In this document: positions 61,460 to 64,000 of the stretch, in pieces
Numbering within the stretch: position 1 is the stretch's first letter
Layout of the letters: every line of letters begins with the position of its first letter
Source of the DNA: Amoebophrya sp. A120
Taxonomy: Eukaryota; Protista; Dinoflagellata
Direction of reading: 5' to 3'
Assembly (NCBI GenBank): GCA_905178155.1
Contig: CAJINV010000001.1
Span: forward strand, 10,259,432 to 10,323,431
DNA: 64,000 nt
Position numbers and translations under genes: made by a program
The notes under the pieces: model-generated
The model's database searches: none
Seen by the model: only the letters and a program-made list of their open reading frames with translations
Told to the model about the DNA's origin: nothing

Positions 61460-64000
61460 ATGGGCCGGCGCGAGACTTTTCATCGAGGCTGCAGACGTCG
61501 TAGCTGGACCGATAACTTGGTAGTTGCCGTCCTTCCAACAATTTTAAATCGCTTCATCTGCTTCTCAGCGACAAGTACTGTGTACTTTTTTGAAGTGTGG
61601 AAGCTCCTGCGTTTTCTCACGCCCTACTCCTTTCCGCGCAGCGTCGTACCTCCATCGGTGTACGCCTACAAGTATCACCACACAGGACTCGAGGCCGACG
61701 GCTGGGGCGACGAGCAGGATAGGATTGATCAACAACAGATATTACCTTCTTTGGACCACGCGACACCAGTTTGGACGAAAAGTTCAGTACAGGACGAGAA
61801 CTCCGACGAGGAAGATACGACTAGGAGTGCTTTCATCAACGACATGCCGCAGGGCGAAGATAGTGGCCAACACGAGCAGCACCAGCTCCAGCTGGGAGAT
61901 GACGTTGCAGACTCCGCAGCTGATGTAGCAGCAGACGGATCGCATACGATGAATGCCGAATCATTTCAACCAAGACCGCGTGCATTTTCACGGTCTCCCG
62001 AGCGGGTAAGTAGTGGTGTAAGTAGCAGTTCAACGTCTGATGATCCCTCCAAAGAAAGTCAGGTCACCCTGTTCCAGTGGAACCTGCTCGCGACCGGCCT
62101 GCACCAGGATGGGTTTGTGCGACCGGATTTGTTTCCGGGCGAAAAAATGCAACAGCACCTGGACGTGACCCGCAAATACCGGGCCCTGATGCAGGAACAC
62201 AATGTGGATTTGGAACTGCTGAAGCATGTGCAACCGTTGTGGAACAAAGCGCTCTTTGGGGAGGACAAGGAGAAGGACAACAAGAACTCCAGCGACGCCG
62301 CGACGAAAGATGTTGTACAACTACCGGAGCAAGAGGATCATCGAGCTGATTCTTGCGCGGCACTTGCAAAAATCCTGACCGGCCCGGTAGCGGAGAAGCT
62401 GTTGTTGAAAAACGAGTTTAGTAAAAGGGACGAGCTCTTTTTCCTCCCGCTCGACGATCTCCACAGGGACGAGGTCCGACCACGCTGGGAAAGCTTCGTC
62501 AAGTTCTTCACAGAGAACTTTAGCCTGAAGAGCGCGGACGTGGAGAAGGCAATTACAAAAGTGTGGGACTACTACCTGCGTTCCAGCACGAAACTCGTAT
62601 CATCTGCAGTCGTGACGTCGTCCGTGACTGCAACGAAGATGAACAACCGTCCAGCGCCAGATGAAGTAGAAGCCGGGATAATGGACGAGAAGGCACTGGC
62701 ACAGAAAAAGCTGGAATTGGAAAAGCTGTCGGCCGTATCTCCTTCGGTCCGCACTGATCCAAGCACCCGCGCCGAAACTACAATGCGCGGAACGCTGCAG
62801 TCCGCCTCATCTCCTGCGTCGTCCTCCGATTCTAATTCAGTGCCGATTCGCGAGCGCGTGAACCCGAAGCTCCAGTTCAATCCTTACGAGGTGTTTGCCC
62901 TCGGTGCGAAGTTCTGGCACCACGAATTCTGCGAAACGGACTACGGAAGCGAGCTGCTGCAAATGACGCGGAAGGCCTGGGCCATCGAGAACGCGTTGAA
63001 CAGCGAGGCGGCTAAAGCGAGAAGGCTGGGCGAATTGGAAACCATGATTGCAACCAGTGCAGGAGCATTTGCAGCCGCAAGTAGTACGGAATCGTTGCCA
63101 AGCTTCCTCACACTGCAGGAGGTCGCGCCGAGCCAGTTCTTGCTGGTTGTGTCCATGAAAAACCACGCGTATCTCAAGCAGGGGGCACCAGCCACCAGCC
63201 CAGCCGACGAGAGCAGCACAACTGGTTCGGACCAGCAAACGACTGCAACTTTCGACGAGCTGCAGAAGATTCTTCGAAGGTCGAAAGAGGAAGAAAAAGA
63301 CGACAAAATCTACATCAAACGTCTGAACGAGGACCCCGTGCTGACCTCCCAGTTTTCCTACGTGCTTCGCCCGGTCGGCCCGACCGTGATCGGCACCGCG
63401 CTGTTTGTCGACCCGAAAAGGTTCGAAGTCGTGAAGCGCGAACGGGTCAAGGACTTCGCGGTGATTGCGACGGTGAGAACAAAGCGAAACCAAGGTGGTG
63501 GGACAGTTCCAGGAAATAAAGTGCAAGAAGCTGCAGCGAAAATACCCCCACCTAGCACCTTCGCTGTCGTTTCCGCGCACTTGGCTTCCGGCGTGTTGGA
63601 AACGGATTTTGAAGACCGTGTGGAGCAGGTGGCGGATCTGCTAGAGACCCTGAACCGGCCGGAGTACACAGCAATCCCCGTGCTGCTCGGCATGGACGGG
63701 AACTTCGATCGCAAGGTGGACATGATCAAGGTCCGAAACGGCGACCACTTTGCGGGCTCCTGGGACGCTGCATTTGCGGACTTCGAGCAGTGGGAAGACG
63801 TGTCCGTGGGGAAAAAACACGAAAAATACCTCGTGTCGCGGAACCAGGAGGTGCAGGTGGATTCCCTGAAGGCGGACAACGGATTCGACGAGCACCCTGT
63901 CACCGTGAATCGCTTGAGGGGCATGTTCTCGTCGCAAGTGAAGAAGTGGGGCGACTACCAGCTGCGCAATATCGACTACGTCATGGTCAGGAACCCGAAG
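61460..64000 (+). CDS. Endonuclease/exonuclease/phosphatase (EEP) protein, CCR4/nocturnin-like; runs off the window
   Basis: Same frame from ATG 61460 to the window end; absent from the ORF track, apparently because it has no stop in the window. Motifs FQWNLLA, LTLQEV, SAHLASG, GMDGNF, NIDYVMV. Confidence 0.8.
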   Translation, partial: MGRRETFHRGCRRRSWTDNLVVAVLPTILNRFICFSATSTVYFFEVWKLLRFLTPYSFPRSVVPPSVYAYKYHHTGLEADGWGDEQDRIDQQQILPSLDHATPVWTKSSVQDENSDEEDTTRSAFINDMPQGEDSGQHEQHQLQLGDDVADSAADVAADGSHTMNAESFQPRPRAFSRSPERVSSGVSSSSTSDDPSKESQVTLFQWNLLATGLHQDGFVRPDLFPGEKMQQHLDVTRKYRALMQEHNVDLELLKHVQPLWNKALFGEDKEKDNKNSSDAATKDVVQLPEQEDHRADSCAALAKILTGPVAEKLLLKNEFSKRDELFFLPLDDLHRDEVRPRWESFVKFFTENFSLKSADVEKAITKVWDYYLRSSTKLVSSAVVTSSVTATKMNNRPAPDEVEAGIMDEKALAQKKLELEKLSAVSPSVRTDPSTRAETTMRGTLQSASSPASSSDSNSVPIRERVNPKLQFNPYEVFALGAKFWHHEFCETDYGSELLQMTRKAWAIENALNSEAAKARRLGELETMIATSAGAFAAASSTESLPSFLTLQEVAPSQFLLVVSMKNHAYLKQGAPATSPADESSTTGSDQQTTATFDELQKILRRSKEEEKDDKIYIKRLNEDPVLTSQFSYVLRPVGPTVIGTALFVDPKRFEVVKRERVKDFAVIATVRTKRNQGGGTVPGNKVQEAAAKIPPPSTFAVVSAHLASGVLETDFEDRVEQVADLLETLNRPEYTAIPVLLGMDGNFDRKVDMIKVRNGDHFAGSWDAAFADFEQWEDVSVGKKHEKYLVSRNQEVQVDSLKADNGFDEHPVTVNRLRGMFSSQVKKWGDYQLRNIDYVMVRNPK

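Noticed and set aside
1-64000. tRNA, rRNA, dinoflagellate spliced-leader relics, or a transposase for the TIR elements
   Set aside because: None recognised by eye. tRNAscan-SE, Infernal and HMM searches are needed to exclude them.

Overview
Eukaryotic nuclear DNA. About 14 protein-coding genes, most with introns, all lie on the + strand. This layout, the low-complexity proteins and the non-canonical intervening sequences resemble a syndinian dinoflagellate such as Amoebophrya (inference, not a database result). Recognisable products: FHA-like protein, 4-EF-hand protein, two tandem paralogues, Cys-less pentameric ligand-gated channel, PTEN/tensin-like phosphatase, golgin-84-like protein, and a CCR4/nocturnin-type EEP hydrolase. 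Main signal: eight MITE-like inserts sit inside coding sequence. They are 208-316 bp (one expanded to 1156 bp by a nested insert), fall into 4-5 terminal-inverted-repeat (TIR) families, all have TAT...ATA ends (consensus TATC...GATA), carry a 5-bp target-site duplication (TSD), and share an internal GCAT[GC]ACA motif. Removing element plus one TSD copy rebuilds a continuous protein, and none of the five inserts in intact genes offers a GT-AG or GC-AG junction. Also present: a split-direct-repeat (tyrosine-recombinase-type) retroelement in an intron, a poly(A)-tailed insertion nested in an introner, and an antisense captured gene fragment between triplicated 42-44 bp direct repeats inside the channel gene. 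All gene models were assembled by hand and are unverified by RNA data.
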